Positions 1 to 10,332 of a DNA stretch of 64,000 nucleotides are shown piece by piece (the stretch's first letter is position 1; each line of letters opens with the position of its first letter). The DNA is from Oscillospiraceae bacterium (lineage in GTDB: Bacteria; Bacillota; Clostridia; Oscillospirales; SIG627). A model generated the notes under the pieces. That model saw only the letters and a program-made list of their open reading frames with translations, searched no databases and was not told the DNA's origin. The stretch is from positions 11,300-75,299 of the forward strand of contig SVTV01000010.1 of assembly GCA_015063605.1 (NCBI GenBank), in the 5' to 3' direction. The position numbers and the translations under genes were made by a program.

Positions 1-60
1 ATACAAGGTAAAGAGAGCGCTGTACTCTCGTACAACGCCCTCTTGACGTTTTTTGTGTTC

Positions 61-207
61 TTAATTTTTCAAAAACAGAAAACCCGCTGTCACTATAACA
101 GTGGCTTCGATAACTACAAGGACGGGCTCGGGAATAAAAAATGCTATCAATATTCCAAGTCCGAAGGTGGACACAGCCAATCCCAATACTTTCGTCATAT
201 CTCTCAT
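61..207 (-). CDS. Small 48-aa two-TM membrane protein (not in ORF track), possibly sporulation-related
   Basis: Translated by hand: MRDMTKVLGLAVSTFGLGILIAFFIPEPVLVVIEATVIVTAGFLFLKN*. RBS GGAGTG upstream; two hydrophobic stretches; followed by a hairpin at about 11-44. Confidence 0.65.
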   Translation of the reverse strand: MRDMTKVLGLAVSTFGLGILIAFFIPEPVLVVIEATVIVTAGFLFLKN

Positions 208-267
208 ATCATCACTCCGCTTTTTTTCAAGTTTATGCGGATCTTTTTGAATATATGCAAGAACGAT

Positions 268-2610
268 CTATTTAATATACTCGCTCGGCACGGTCACGGA
301 AACGAGGTCGCCGTTTTCAGCCTTCAGATATATCACCGCAATACTACCGGAGGGACTCAAATAAGCATAGTCTCCGATACGCATGACACGGCATTTATCC
401 GTATCAAGCTTCGAAGTGTATTTCTCATCTGTCCTGCGGAGAAGCTTTGTGGAGACATAGTATTCCGCATGCTCTTTCCAGCCCTCCTTGAAGAGACTGT
501 CTATACGCAATTCTTCGCCTGTCTTCGCATCGAAGAAATAGCGGAAATTATCGCTTTGGTCTTCTATTACATAAAATTCAAGTATCTGCTCCTTATCGGA
601 TGCCATAGCGGCATTGTATCCATTGAATTCAATATAACGCTCTCCCACGACAGTAATACCAAAGTCGCTCCAGGGATCAAGTATTACACGATCTGTTTCA
701 ACGCCTTTGCTCTTTGCAGCCGCGCAAAGCTTTTCCTGTGTAAAATACTTCTCGAATGTATTTGTCACAAAAGCATTTACCTTGTCACACACATCGGAGG
801 AAAGAGATACTTTATCCCGATCAAGATAATATACGGTTATGCCGTCTTTCGTTTCGGCAGAGCATACGTCGGTATCTATGCCTTCTCTTATGTTTTTATA
901 AAGAACATACTCGCTGTCGATAAGACCGTTCATATCCCTCGGAATACTTGTGACCATGTATTCCGAAAGCTTATCGAACGATAATGACACGCCGTCAACA
1001 AAGCAGGTATTTGGCTTGAAGATAATCCTGTCGGCAGTAAATGTAAATTCTCCATTGTATAATCCTCTGAAATCATGAAGCATATCGTATCTTGAGCCGT
1101 ATCCGGAATATGGCTTCTCTGCCTCGTTGGCAAGATGGATATTGAGAAGCTTTACAAAGTCAACACCTTCAAAGAAAAGATCCGACAGTTCAAGACGCTT
1201 TCCCGTGTAAATATCAAATACCGCCGTACGTACTTCGTAATACATATTCGGAGAATCTTCAGCACCGCCCCAATAGCAGATCCCTGCCACAGCGGACAAA
1301 TAACCGTTGATCAACTCAATATTGGTGCTGATCCTTCCATCATTCAAACCAATTGCGTTCCGAGCCTTCAAAAACTCCTGCATTCCGGCACGGTCTACTG
1401 AAGAAAGCTCCTTTTCGGCTTCCTCAAAGAATGCTTCAACGGCTTCATTAAGTCCTTCCACGGAAAAATCGTACTTTTCACCGTAACATGTATAGTAATA
1501 ATCAGCCGTTTTTTCAGGCTTTTTGATTCCCGATGATGCCTCTGCGGAATAAAGTTCTCCCGTTGTAACCTCGGGCAAAGTCAATCCTTCAACCTTACGG
1601 TAAGGAACATAGCCCGCATTGGCTATGACCTGTTGTCCCTCATCGGATTGCATCCATCTTACAAGAGTACGGACATTCGATCCTTCCTCTTCATCGGCGG
1701 AGAAAACCGCATAATTGTAACCAAGCAATGGATAGCTTCCGTCTGCGAAAGTGCTCAGGGAGGGTTCGACACCGTTCACCTTGATATATTTGATCTCGGA
1801 TATATTTTCATACATTCCGTCGGAGTATGCATAAACAGAATAGCCGATAGCGTTTATTCCGTTGTCATATCCTGCAACCACATCGAGAATACCGCTCATC
1901 GTAGCGGGGATTATATCCGTAACGGGCTCCATCAAAGGAGTATCACCCATAAAGGAGATCATGTAATTCTGGCTTCCCGAATCGGCATTTCTCTGATATG
2001 CTATGATCTCGGCATCATTGCCGCCGAGTTCCTTCCAATTTGTGATCTTTCCCGAATAAATACCTTTTAACTGTTCCTCGGTAAGTGTATCCACGGTATT
2101 ATCTTTATTTACAACAAACACAAAACCTTCGCCCGCCACAGGCTCTGCAACATGCTTGAAACCCTCGGTCTCCATCCTTTTAAGCTGAGAAGCGGAAAGA
2201 GGCGTGGTAAATATCATGTCGCACTTTCCCTGAAGAAGATTTTCAAAGGATGTATAAGTCTTTGTGTGAACCGCCTTTTGTACATTTCCGGAAACGGCTT
2301 CTCTTACGGCATTATCGAGATTTGTGGTAGACGTAGAGCCGTCAGTTACGGGAAAGACAAAATCCTCGGGAAATGCTGTCTTGTCCGTTTCAGAGGGATC
2401 GGGCTCGTTTATCTCCTCCGTTGTAACGCCTGTACCACCTGTATCGCCAATGTTACCGGTAACGGTCGGTTCATATGTATCTTCCGTATCGTTAATCAAT
2501 CCGTCTGTTGACTCCGATCCGTATTCAGAGGTAACAGTATAGGGGAACATATCACATGATGTAAGAAAAAGGATTGCGAACAGTAAATAAATAAGTTTAA
2601 AATTTCTCAT
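268..2610 (-). CDS. Lipoprotein with PstS-like phosphate-binding domain and long C-terminal extension
   Basis: Lipobox LTSC; PstS-type motifs DGSTST, FVFVVNKDN, IYSGKITNWKELGG, YQRNADSGSQ, NAIGYS; about 430 aa of extra C-terminus. Confidence 0.8.
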   Translation of the reverse strand: MRNFKLIYLLFAILFLTSCDMFPYTVTSEYGSESTDGLINDTEDTYEPTVTGNIGDTGGTGVTTEEINEPDPSETDKTAFPEDFVFPVTDGSTSTTNLDNAVREAVSGNVQKAVHTKTYTSFENLLQGKCDMIFTTPLSASQLKRMETEGFKHVAEPVAGEGFVFVVNKDNTVDTLTEEQLKGIYSGKITNWKELGGNDAEIIAYQRNADSGSQNYMISFMGDTPLMEPVTDIIPATMSGILDVVAGYDNGINAIGYSVYAYSDGMYENISEIKYIKVNGVEPSLSTFADGSYPLLGYNYAVFSADEEEGSNVRTLVRWMQSDEGQQVIANAGYVPYRKVEGLTLPEVTTGELYSAEASSGIKKPEKTADYYYTCYGEKYDFSVEGLNEAVEAFFEEAEKELSSVDRAGMQEFLKARNAIGLNDGRISTNIELINGYLSAVAGICYWGGAEDSPNMYYEVRTAVFDIYTGKRLELSDLFFEGVDFVKLLNIHLANEAEKPYSGYGSRYDMLHDFRGLYNGEFTFTADRIIFKPNTCFVDGVSLSFDKLSEYMVTSIPRDMNGLIDSEYVLYKNIREGIDTDVCSAETKDGITVYYLDRDKVSLSSDVCDKVNAFVTNTFEKYFTQEKLCAAAKSKGVETDRVILDPWSDFGITVVGERYIEFNGYNAAMASDKEQILEFYVIEDQSDNFRYFFDAKTGEELRIDSLFKEGWKEHAEYYVSTKLLRRTDEKYTSKLDTDKCRVMRIGDYAYLSPSGSIAVIYLKAENGDLVSVTVPSEYIK

Positions 2611-2831
2611 ATAGCCTCTTTAATAATGAATCGTACATATATATATAGTATCATACTGTTTATTCAAAGTCAATATAATCGCACTAACATAATTGTAAAC
2701 AATATGTAAACTTTTTTACAAAAAAATTATTAATCATTTCCTACTGTATTGCATATACAACGCTTCCATGATATAATAAGGTGGCTTTACACATTAAAAA
2801 ACACAGACAGATTTTTCAAGGAGCGATCTTT

Positions 2832-3770
2832 ATGATAAAGGAAAGCGATACATTCAAAAGCAATTCGTCGGCTTACACAGCCCTCATGTTCGTAGTGTTT
2901 ATATGGGGCATAACAGCTCTCATATATGTACATCTTTACGAATTTTTTTCTCCCGGCATGTGTTCTGCACTTGTGGGACTCTTCTCCGCTCTGGCACTTC
3001 TTTTCATATCCGCAAAAGAGCTAAAAAGCTTGAACAAAGCTTATTTTCTCATAGCAATTCCATCCGGTCTTTTCCAGGTTGCGGCAAACCTTTTGCAAAA
3101 GATCGGACTTCAATACACGACTCCTGCCCGCTATGCTTTCCTTGAAAATCTTTCGTGTATCGTAGTTCCCGTGCTTATGTTCTTTTTCGTAAAGAAAAAG
3201 CCGTCATTTTTAAAAATCTCCGCAGGATTCATTTGTCTTGCCGGAGCATTCGTTTTAAGCGGTATAAGTCTTGATTCGTCTGCCATAGCTTTTGGAAAGG
3301 GCGAGATACTGTGCGCGCTGTCCGGTATATTTTACGGCTTCAGTATTGCTATCACGGGAGCATTTGCAGGTAAATTATCCGCCGCTTTATATGTAATGAT
3401 ACAAATGTGGATAAGCGCCATCGTCTCCTTCGGCTCTGCGATCGTTTTTAATAACCTCACCGTAAACGGTGCGGTGATAGAGCCGATGCGGTTCACATGG
3501 GGAGTATATCCCATCGTGTTTATAATCATCTTTGCCATTATTACAAACGCATTATGTTGGACAGTCAGAACTAATGCACTGAAAAAGATAGATGCTTCCG
3601 TAGTGGCTGTCATATTACCATTTTCCGCTGTAATAACAGCGGTGGTATCCGTTATTATCGGTACGGACAAGATAACCTTAAATCTTGTATTGGGAGGAAT
3701 TCTATGTTTGGCAGCCGCCATCCTTTCCGGAATAGGAGATTCCTTGGAAGGTAAAAAACGATCAAAATAA
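2832..3770 (+). CDS. DMT/EamA family transporter
   Basis: About 10 hydrophobic helices; GLQYTTPARYAFL motif; ATG at 2832 follows GGAG (track starts at 2781). Confidence 0.85.
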   Translation: MIKESDTFKSNSSAYTALMFVVFIWGITALIYVHLYEFFSPGMCSALVGLFSALALLFISAKELKSLNKAYFLIAIPSGLFQVAANLLQKIGLQYTTPARYAFLENLSCIVVPVLMFFFVKKKPSFLKISAGFICLAGAFVLSGISLDSSAIAFGKGEILCALSGIFYGFSIAITGAFAGKLSAALYVMIQMWISAIVSFGSAIVFNNLTVNGAVIEPMRFTWGVYPIVFIIIFAIITNALCWTVRTNALKKIDASVVAVILPFSAVITAVVSVIIGTDKITLNLVLGGILCLAAAILSGIGDSLEGKKRSK

Positions 3771-3776
3771 AAACTT

Positions 3777-3817
3777 AAAAGCTTGTTTAACCGTATTCCG
3801 CGGAAAACAAGCTTTTA
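3777..3817. terminator. Probable bidirectional intrinsic terminator
   Basis: AAAAGCTTGTTT...AAACAAGCTTTT stem between convergent genes. Confidence 0.6.
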
Positions 3818-3824
3818 CTTTTAT

Positions 3825-4847
3825 TTATTCATTTAAAAAAGAAAAAATATCAATAAGTTCTTCTTTTGTTATGAATTTATCGGGATAAAAATACTTCAAG
3901 GAATAATAACCTCTGTCGGAGGCTACTCCCACTCTTACGATTATAGGATTATTTGCGTTCAAGTTATCCAGATCTATTATCCTTTGTTGAAACGGTATTT
4001 TTACATATTCTTCGCAGACTGTATATTTAACCCCGTTATTGGTAAATTCACTTATTTTGTCAGGATTAATATTATTCAAGAAAAATTTATATGATTCTTC
4101 CGTTTCTCTTGTAAAGAGCATAGTACCCGATTTTTCATCACCCTCGTCTATATAAGCATCGGTTCGGCTTTCATCCATAATATAGCGTATGGCATATCCG
4201 CCGGTTCTGATTATATCGAGATTATATACCTTATACCTTTCTTCCAAAGCCTTTGGATATATTATACTTGTCGGATCGGTAAGCATATATCCGTACTCGG
4301 TCTTTTTAAACATTCTGTCCAAATGTTTAATATTCAGAATACGTGTATCCTTATGAACAATTGCTTCTATATACTTATCCAAAGAATCAAATGTAAAAAC
4401 ACCTTTATAATGCTGTATATATTCTATCGGTCCCGGTTCGGGCATACTTAAGTATATTACAGGCAGTTCGTATTCCTCGGTATTTTTGATTTCTCCCGTC
4501 AAAATCCCTTTCAAGCGTTCCGATGTTTCTTTTTCCTTTTGTAAACTCTCTTCCAGTTGTTCCGCATTTCTTTTTTCACTGCTGTATTGTGATTTCAGTC
4601 TTCGCGCATTTTGCGTTTCCTCTTCAAGCTTTTCCTTCAATTCGCTCTTATATTCGTTTTCCAGATGCAGCTTATCTTTCAATGCGGAAAGCTCTTCTTC
4701 CAAGTCCTTTAATTCTTCATTTCTTTGTTCCAATTCCGAATACACTCGTGAAAGCTCTTCTTTTTGGGTAATAAATCCGCAAGAAACAATAAAAACACAT
4801 ATAAAAGCGATAAGTACACAGGATAGAATAATACTCTTCATTTTCAA
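3825..4847 (-). CDS. Hypothetical lipoprotein with N-terminal coiled coil (paralog 1)
   Basis: Signal peptide ending IVSC; E/K-rich heptads; shares blocks with 4896..5915 (KEELSRV, LKGIL.G.I.N.E.YELPVIYL, GGY.IRYIMD, FTRETE.SY, YFYPDK, EELIDIFSFLN). Confidence 0.75.
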   Translation of the reverse strand: MKMKSIILSCVLIAFICVFIVSCGFITQKEELSRVYSELEQRNEELKDLEEELSALKDKLHLENEYKSELKEKLEEETQNARRLKSQYSSEKRNAEQLEESLQKEKETSERLKGILTGEIKNTEEYELPVIYLSMPEPGPIEYIQHYKGVFTFDSLDKYIEAIVHKDTRILNIKHLDRMFKKTEYGYMLTDPTSIIYPKALEERYKVYNLDIIRTGGYAIRYIMDESRTDAYIDEGDEKSGTMLFTRETEESYKFFLNNINPDKISEFTNNGVKYTVCEEYVKIPFQQRIIDLDNLNANNPIIVRVGVASDRGYYSLKYFYPDKFITKEELIDIFSFLNE

Positions 4848-4895
4848 AAACTCCTTTCTTTTTCAAGTTAACAAAAACACCATAGAAAATCTGTT

Positions 4896-5915
4896 TTACT
4901 TATTCAGAAAAGAAAAGATATCAATCAGTTCTTCATTATCGACATATTTATCGGGATAAAAATATTCCACTGTATAGAAACCGCTGTCGGTTGCTACTGC
5001 TGCCTTGACAAGCATGGGATATTTAACATCCAGACCATCTTCTTCTATAACAAGTTTATGAAAAGTATTTGCAGATGCTTGCGCATATTCTTCATAAACC
5101 GTATATTTAAAACCGTTTTCGGTAAACTCTCTTGTTTTCTCGGGCTCAAATGCTTTCATAAACGATCTGTATGACGCTTCCGTTTCTCTCGTAAAAAGCA
5201 CCGTACCCGATCTGATATCATCTTCCTCGCTGTAAAATTTTCGGTTTCTATCCATAATATACCGTATGGTATAACCGCCGTTTGTATTTATATCGAGATT
5301 GGACATATCATATTTGTTTTCCAAATTTATCGGAGAAATTATGCTTACAGGGTCAGCCAACATATAGCCAAACTCTGTTTTTTTAAACATATTTTCCAAA
5401 GTTATGATATCCGCAAGAGAAAAATTTTTATATAGAACCGCTTTTACATATTCATCCAACGAATCAAACCTTATATAAAAATCGTAATGAGTGGTATTGT
5501 TCGGCAGTTCCGGTTCGGGAAAAGGCAGATATATTACGGGAAGCTCGTATTTTTCGGGATTTATAATGTCTCCGTTCAAAATACCTTTTAATCGTTCCGT
5601 CTTTTCTTTCTCCGATTTAAGACTCTCTTCCAAATTTCCGACAATTTCTTTTTCGCCGCTCAGGTTGGATTCGTATTTTGCGGCTCTCTCTTTTTGCTCA
5701 ATAATATCATTCTTCAATTTATTTTTCAAATTATTTTCCCGGTGCAGATCTTTATTCAGCTCGGATATTTCTTCTTCCAAACGCTTTATCTCTTCGTTTT
5801 TTTGCTCCAATTCAACCTGTACACGTGAAAGCTCTTCTTTGGTGTTACTCTCACAGGAACAGGCAAAAACACATATAAAAACTACAAGCAACCATAAAAA
5901 CAATACATTTTTCAT
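4896..5915 (-). CDS. Hypothetical lipoprotein with N-terminal coiled coil (paralog 2)
   Basis: Lipobox-like FACSC; colinear similarity to 3825..4847; RBS AGGAG. Confidence 0.75.
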   Translation of the reverse strand: MKNVLFLWLLVVFICVFACSCESNTKEELSRVQVELEQKNEEIKRLEEEISELNKDLHRENNLKNKLKNDIIEQKERAAKYESNLSGEKEIVGNLEESLKSEKEKTERLKGILNGDIINPEKYELPVIYLPFPEPELPNNTTHYDFYIRFDSLDEYVKAVLYKNFSLADIITLENMFKKTEFGYMLADPVSIISPINLENKYDMSNLDINTNGGYTIRYIMDRNRKFYSEEDDIRSGTVLFTRETEASYRSFMKAFEPEKTREFTENGFKYTVYEEYAQASANTFHKLVIEEDGLDVKYPMLVKAAVATDSGFYTVEYFYPDKYVDNEELIDIFSFLNK

Positions 5916-6073
5916 TTCAAATCTCTCCTTTCAATATATTTTGCACCTCCATGATACCATATATTTATTGTATTGTCAATAGTATCTTCAAATATCGGTA
6001 TCAACTGACAAATAAAAAAACAAGCTTGCCGCTGTATTATACAGAAGCAAGCTTTTTGTGCCTTTATAACCTG

Positions 6074-6313
6074 TTATTCGATATCAACGAATATCTTTTT
6101 GCCTTCCTTGTTGGATGCAGCCTTCATAAGAGTGCGGATAGACTTAGCTATTTTTCCCTGCTTTCCAATTACCTTACCCATATCATCGGGATCGACACGA
6201 AGGATCAAGCGGGTGCAATCCTCTTCTTCCTGCTCCGTAACGGATATAGCCTCGGGCTTATCCACAAGAGCTTTGACAATATCCTCAAGGATCTTTTTCA
6301 AAGAAATTTCCAT
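6074..6313 (-). CDS. khpA: KH-domain RNA-binding protein KhpA
   Basis: DDMGKVIGKQGKIAKSIRT; canonical position after rpsP. Confidence 0.95.
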   Translation of the reverse strand: MEISLKKILEDIVKALVDKPEAISVTEQEEEDCTRLILRVDPDDMGKVIGKQGKIAKSIRTLMKAASNKEGKKIFVDIE

Positions 6314-6328
6314 GCTAAAAACTTCGCC

Positions 6329-6574
6329 TTAGTCGATAACGCCGCTCTTCTTGAGTATGCTCTTAACAGTTTCTGTGGGCTGTGCGCCTTTAACGATCCA
6401 GCTCTTTGCGCTTTCAACGTCAACCTTGATCTCAGCGGGGCTCTTCATAGGATCATAGTAACCTATTTCATCGATGAATCTTCCGTCACGGGGATATCTG
6501 GAATCTGCTACAACTATACGGTAGAAGGGGGCTTTCTTTGCGCCGAGTCTTCTCAATCTGATTTTTACTGCCAT
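6329..6574 (-). CDS. rpsP: 30S ribosomal protein S16
   Basis: [34 protein letters not shown]. Confidence 0.99.
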   Translation of the reverse strand: MAVKIRLRRLGAKKAPFYRIVVADSRYPRDGRFIDEIGYYDPMKSPAEIKVDVESAKSWIVKGAQPTETVKSILKKSGVID

Positions 6575-6649
6575 TTCAAATGACCTCCAAAAAAATTTTA
6601 TGATATTTAATATATTTAATATATTCTTAATTAAACAAGCGTTATACGC

Positions 6650-7990
6650 TTACATTCCGAAAGGAAAACCTTTCTTTCCGAACTTTCCGCCTCGCTTCTG
6701 AGCCTTTGTCATAGTTTTCATAAGCTGGTTGGTCTGTTCAAACTGCTTAAGCAGTCTGTTGATCTGCTCTACAGTAGTACCGCTTCCCGCGGCTATTCTC
6801 TTTTTCCTCGATGAATTCAGAATATCGGGCTTTTCTCTTTCCTTCGGTGTCATGGAAAGAATAATTGCTTCCATTCTGTCTATCTGCTTTTCATCTATCT
6901 TAGCATCCTTAAGATCGGAGGGCTTAACACCGGGGATCATTCCCATAAGCTGTTCCATAGAACCCATTGAACGTATCTGTCTGAACTGTTCAAGGAAGTC
7001 CTGCAGGGTGAAGCTTGATTCGCGAAGCTTCTTTTCAAGCTCAGCCGCCTTCTTTTCGTCGAAGGTCTCCTGCGCCTTTTCAATAAGGCTGAGAACGTCG
7101 CCCATTCCCAATATACGGGATGCCATTCTGTCGGGATAGAAGGGCTCGAGAGCATCGAGCTTTTCGCCCATACCCACGAACTTGATGGGCTTACCTGTAA
7201 CGTGTCTTACGGAAAGCGCCGCACCGCCTCGTGTATCGCCGTCAAGCTTTGTGAGGATAACGCCCGTTATGTCGAGAAGCTCATTGAAGCTTTCTGCAAC
7301 ATTTACCGCATCCTGACCCGTCATGGAGTCTACCACGAGAAGTATCTCAGTGGGATCCACACGATTCTTTATGCTCTTAAGCTCACCCATAAGAGTTTCG
7401 TCAATGTGAAGACGTCCCGCAGTATCTATGATAACAAGATCGTTGCCGTTTTTATTGGCAAATTTAATAGCTTCATCGGCTATCTTCACGGGATCCTTGG
7501 AATCGGGGATAGAAAACACGGGAACATCTATAGATTCTCCCACCACCTCAAGCTGCTTTACAGCCGCAGGTCTGTATACGTCGCAGGCTACAAGCAAAGG
7601 ACGCTTATTCTGTTTTTTGAAGAGCTTCGCAAGCTTTCCGGAATGAGTCGTCTTACCGGAGCCTTGAAGTCCTACCATCATTACTATTGTAGGAGGCTTT
7701 GAGGATATATTCAGCTTTTCGTTTTTGCTGCCCATTATCTCAACAAGCTCTTCGTTTACTATTTTTACTATCTGCTGAGCGGGAACGAGGCTCTCAAGCA
7801 CATCGCTTCCGACAGCTCTTGCGGATACCTTTGAAACGAACTCTTTAACTACCTTGAAGTTTACATCGGCTTCAAGAAGTGCAAGCTTCACTTCACGCAT
7901 TCCGACCTTTACATCGGCTTCGGTAAGCTTACCCTTGCTTCTGAAGGTCTTGAACGCACCGGACAGCTTATCAACAAGATTTTCAAACAT
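6650..7990 (-). CDS. ffh: Signal recognition particle protein Ffh
   Basis: [24 protein letters not shown]; Met-rich M domain. Confidence 0.99.
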   Translation of the reverse strand: MFENLVDKLSGAFKTFRSKGKLTEADVKVGMREVKLALLEADVNFKVVKEFVSKVSARAVGSDVLESLVPAQQIVKIVNEELVEIMGSKNEKLNISSKPPTIVMMVGLQGSGKTTHSGKLAKLFKKQNKRPLLVACDVYRPAAVKQLEVVGESIDVPVFSIPDSKDPVKIADEAIKFANKNGNDLVIIDTAGRLHIDETLMGELKSIKNRVDPTEILLVVDSMTGQDAVNVAESFNELLDITGVILTKLDGDTRGGAALSVRHVTGKPIKFVGMGEKLDALEPFYPDRMASRILGMGDVLSLIEKAQETFDEKKAAELEKKLRESSFTLQDFLEQFRQIRSMGSMEQLMGMIPGVKPSDLKDAKIDEKQIDRMEAIILSMTPKEREKPDILNSSRKKRIAAGSGTTVEQINRLLKQFEQTNQLMKTMTKAQKRGGKFGKKGFPFGM

Positions 7991-8035
7991 AGCCCGTATA
8001 CCTTTCTGAAGATTTTTCGGACAGATAAAGTATAT

Positions 8036-8449
8036 CTACTCGGCTCTGTCCCCGCGCGTTCTGTCATCCGATAACGCTCTGATGCTTTCTATCAGATCCG
8101 AAAGAACGCTTATATGAGAAGATATATCGCAATTTCCCTCTTTTGCCGAAGAGTCTGCTGTATTCTTCATTCTTTTTAATTCATCGGCGCACATATCGAG
8201 AGCCTCCGACATCTTTTCTGATCTTTCGGAAAGATGAAGGACATCTTCAAATCTGCAAAGCTCATCAGATGTGTGATTTATCAGATCTCTGACCGCCTGC
8301 CGCGTTGTTTTTGTATGGTACGCCACCTCGGAAAGAGAGTAATCATCCCAATAATAGAGTTCAAACGCACGTCTTTTCTTTTCCGAAAGAAGCGGAGCAT
8401 ATTTATCGTACAAAGCACATAATGCCATGTTCTTTTCTATATCAGCCAT
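8036..8449 (-). CDS. ylxM: YlxM-like DNA-binding protein
   Basis: LYDKYAPLLSEKKRRAFELYYWDDYSLSEVA...TRQAVRD; upstream of ffh. Start is 8449 or 8461, because the track start at 8536 overlaps the promoter. Confidence 0.88.
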   Translation of the reverse strand: MADIEKNMALCALYDKYAPLLSEKKRRAFELYYWDDYSLSEVAYHTKTTRQAVRDLINHTSDELCRFEDVLHLSERSEKMSEALDMCADELKRMKNTADSSAKEGNCDISSHISVLSDLIESIRALSDDRTRGDRAE

Positions 8450-8537
8450 ATCTATGACCATGCCTTTCGTACAGAATCTCCGTTTCCGTACCGCTTTCAA
8501 AACACACGGTGTAAAGTTTTTTTCTTTACAGTCCATG

Positions 8538-8566
8538 ATTATACACTAAAATGATTGTTATGTCAA
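8538..8566 (-). promoter_or_regulatory. Sigma-A promoter of ylxM-ffh
   Basis: Minus strand reads TTGACA-17 nt-TATAAT. Confidence 0.8.
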
Positions 8567-8663
8567 GTGTTTTTTAAAAAATAAATTTTTTTTACGTAAA
8601 AAATCAGGAATTTATTTAAGGAACTGAGAATAGAATTAAAAAAACGCAAAGGACAGAAAAGAA

Positions 8664-9581
8664 ATGACGGAACGTGCATTATCATATATTCCCTTACATC
8701 TGAGGGAAGCAATACGAAAATATCCGAAAAAGGATGACATATGTGAAATACGCCTTCGTGCCGGACTCCCCATGTCTCTCACAATGAGCTTCGGGAATAT
8801 CTTCATAGATAAAAACGGGAGAGCATGTCCCATGGAGGAAGGCTTACGCACAACAAAAAGCGATGTGGAATCATGCGTGAATATGCTTTGCGAGGGAAGT
8901 GCTTACCGCCATATAAAAAGCATGAAGCAGGGCTTTATTATGACCGATGACGGATTGCGTGCGGGAATTTCCGCTTCATTTCTTCCGACGGAAAATGAAA
9001 ATATACCTCCTTCATCTATCGGAAGCGTCAATATACGCATCCCGCGGCTTATTCCCGATGCCGCCGGCGGTTTGATGAGATTTTTCTCATTTCATGCAAT
9101 AGGCTCATCCTTGATCTTTTCTCCCCCGGGACACGGTAAAACAACTCTTATACGGGATCTTGCCATACGGCTTTCTAAGGGTGAACTCCGACGTGCCGTG
9201 AGAGTCTGCGTAATAGACTCCCGAGGTGAGATATTTCCTCCGAAAAGCCGTTTTTCGGATAACGGCGGTCTTCTTGACATAATAAGCGGATGCAGTAAAG
9301 CCGAGGGAATAGAAAAGGCAGTGAGAGTACTGTCACCTGAGGTTTTAATCTGCGATGAAATAGGAAGCGAGGATGACAGCTCGGCTCTTTTATCTGCTCA
9401 TTCGGGCGGGGTAATCCTTATTGCCAGCTGCCACGGCGACAGTATATCCTCCGTCAAACGTAAGCCTCATATTAATAAGCTTATTACGGAAGGACTTTTC
9501 ACTTATTCAGTCTCCCTTACCGCATCAAATTCCTTTCCCTTCAAAACAAATGTAAACGTAAAAAGCATAGATCGGATATGA
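8664..9581 (+). CDS. spoIIIAA: Stage III sporulation ATPase SpoIIIAA
   Basis: EIRLRAG, SPPGHGKTTLIRDLA, IDSRGEI, SPEVLICDEIG; first gene of an eight-gene operon. Confidence 0.92.
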   Translation: MTERALSYIPLHLREAIRKYPKKDDICEIRLRAGLPMSLTMSFGNIFIDKNGRACPMEEGLRTTKSDVESCVNMLCEGSAYRHIKSMKQGFIMTDDGLRAGISASFLPTENENIPPSSIGSVNIRIPRLIPDAAGGLMRFFSFHAIGSSLIFSPPGHGKTTLIRDLAIRLSKGELRRAVRVCVIDSRGEIFPPKSRFSDNGGLLDIISGCSKAEGIEKAVRVLSPEVLICDEIGSEDDSSALLSAHSGGVILIASCHGDSISSVKRKPHINKLITEGLFTYSVSLTASNSFPFKTNVNVKSIDRI

Positions 9582-10087
9582 ATGCATATTTATATATATC
9601 GGGTTTGGCATTGATCTTTTTCTCTCCTTTTTCGGCTTCCCTTTATCTTTCACGCTCTGTCTTGTCGGGAGTATGTGAGCTGGAAGGATACATAAAGCTT
9701 ATAAAGGCAACGGAAAACGAAATCACCTCATACATGACAAAGCAAGGGGATATTTTCGCTTCATTCAAGGATGAATATCTTGAAAAATGCGGTTTTCTTC
9801 CGCTTCTCAGATCTTCGCCCATAGATGAGTGTTCTGCCCTTGAGCACGCCCTTGAAGAATTCGATAAGAATACACTTATCCCCAAGGATTGCTTTGACGC
9901 TTTGGTTCGTTTTGCCGAGGTTCTCGGAAAAACATCGGTACAAAAGCAAAAAGAAGCCTGTTCCCAATGTCTTTATGTACTTGAAAAGATTCATTCCGAA
10001 ATAAAACCCGATGCTTTGAAAAAAGCAAAGGTATATAAAACCATAGGTCTTGCCGCAGGTGCGGCGGCAGTGATACTTTTTATATGA
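9578..10087 (+). CDS. spoIIIAB: Stage III sporulation protein AB
   Basis: Position; N- and C-terminal TM segments; KAKVYKTIGLAAG. Confidence 0.8.
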   Translation: MNAYLYISGLALIFFSPFSASLYLSRSVLSGVCELEGYIKLIKATENEITSYMTKQGDIFASFKDEYLEKCGFLPLLRSSPIDECSALEHALEEFDKNTLIPKDCFDALVRFAEVLGKTSVQKQKEACSQCLYVLEKIHSEIKPDALKKAKVYKTIGLAAGAAAVILFI

Positions 10088-10134
10088 ATAACTTAAACCA
10101 CCAACATAGATTAAATTAAAACGGAGGCATTTAT

Positions 10135-10329
10135 TTGGGTACGGAGCTGATATTGAAAATAGCGGGGCTGGGGTTGATCGTATCCGCCTCTTGCACCATA
10201 CTTCAAAAAAGCGGAAGGGACGAACAAGCTACTCTTGTATCGATAGCAGGAGTCGTCATCGTGCTTTTGCTTATTGTAAGCGAAATGGACACTCTTTTTA
10301 CCTCTGTGAGAAGTATATTCGGTCTTTAA
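10135..10329 (+). CDS. spoIIIAC: Stage III sporulation protein AC
   Basis: LILKIAGLG...LQKSGRDEQA...SVRSIFGL. Confidence 0.93.
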   Translation: MGTELILKIAGLGLIVSASCTILQKSGRDEQATLVSIAGVVIVLLLIVSEMDTLFTSVRSIFGL

Positions 10330-10332
10330 AAT

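Noticed and set aside
43-984. 313-aa plus-strand ORF
   Set aside because: Antisense to the PstS-like gene and the 48-aa ORF; no RBS or motifs.
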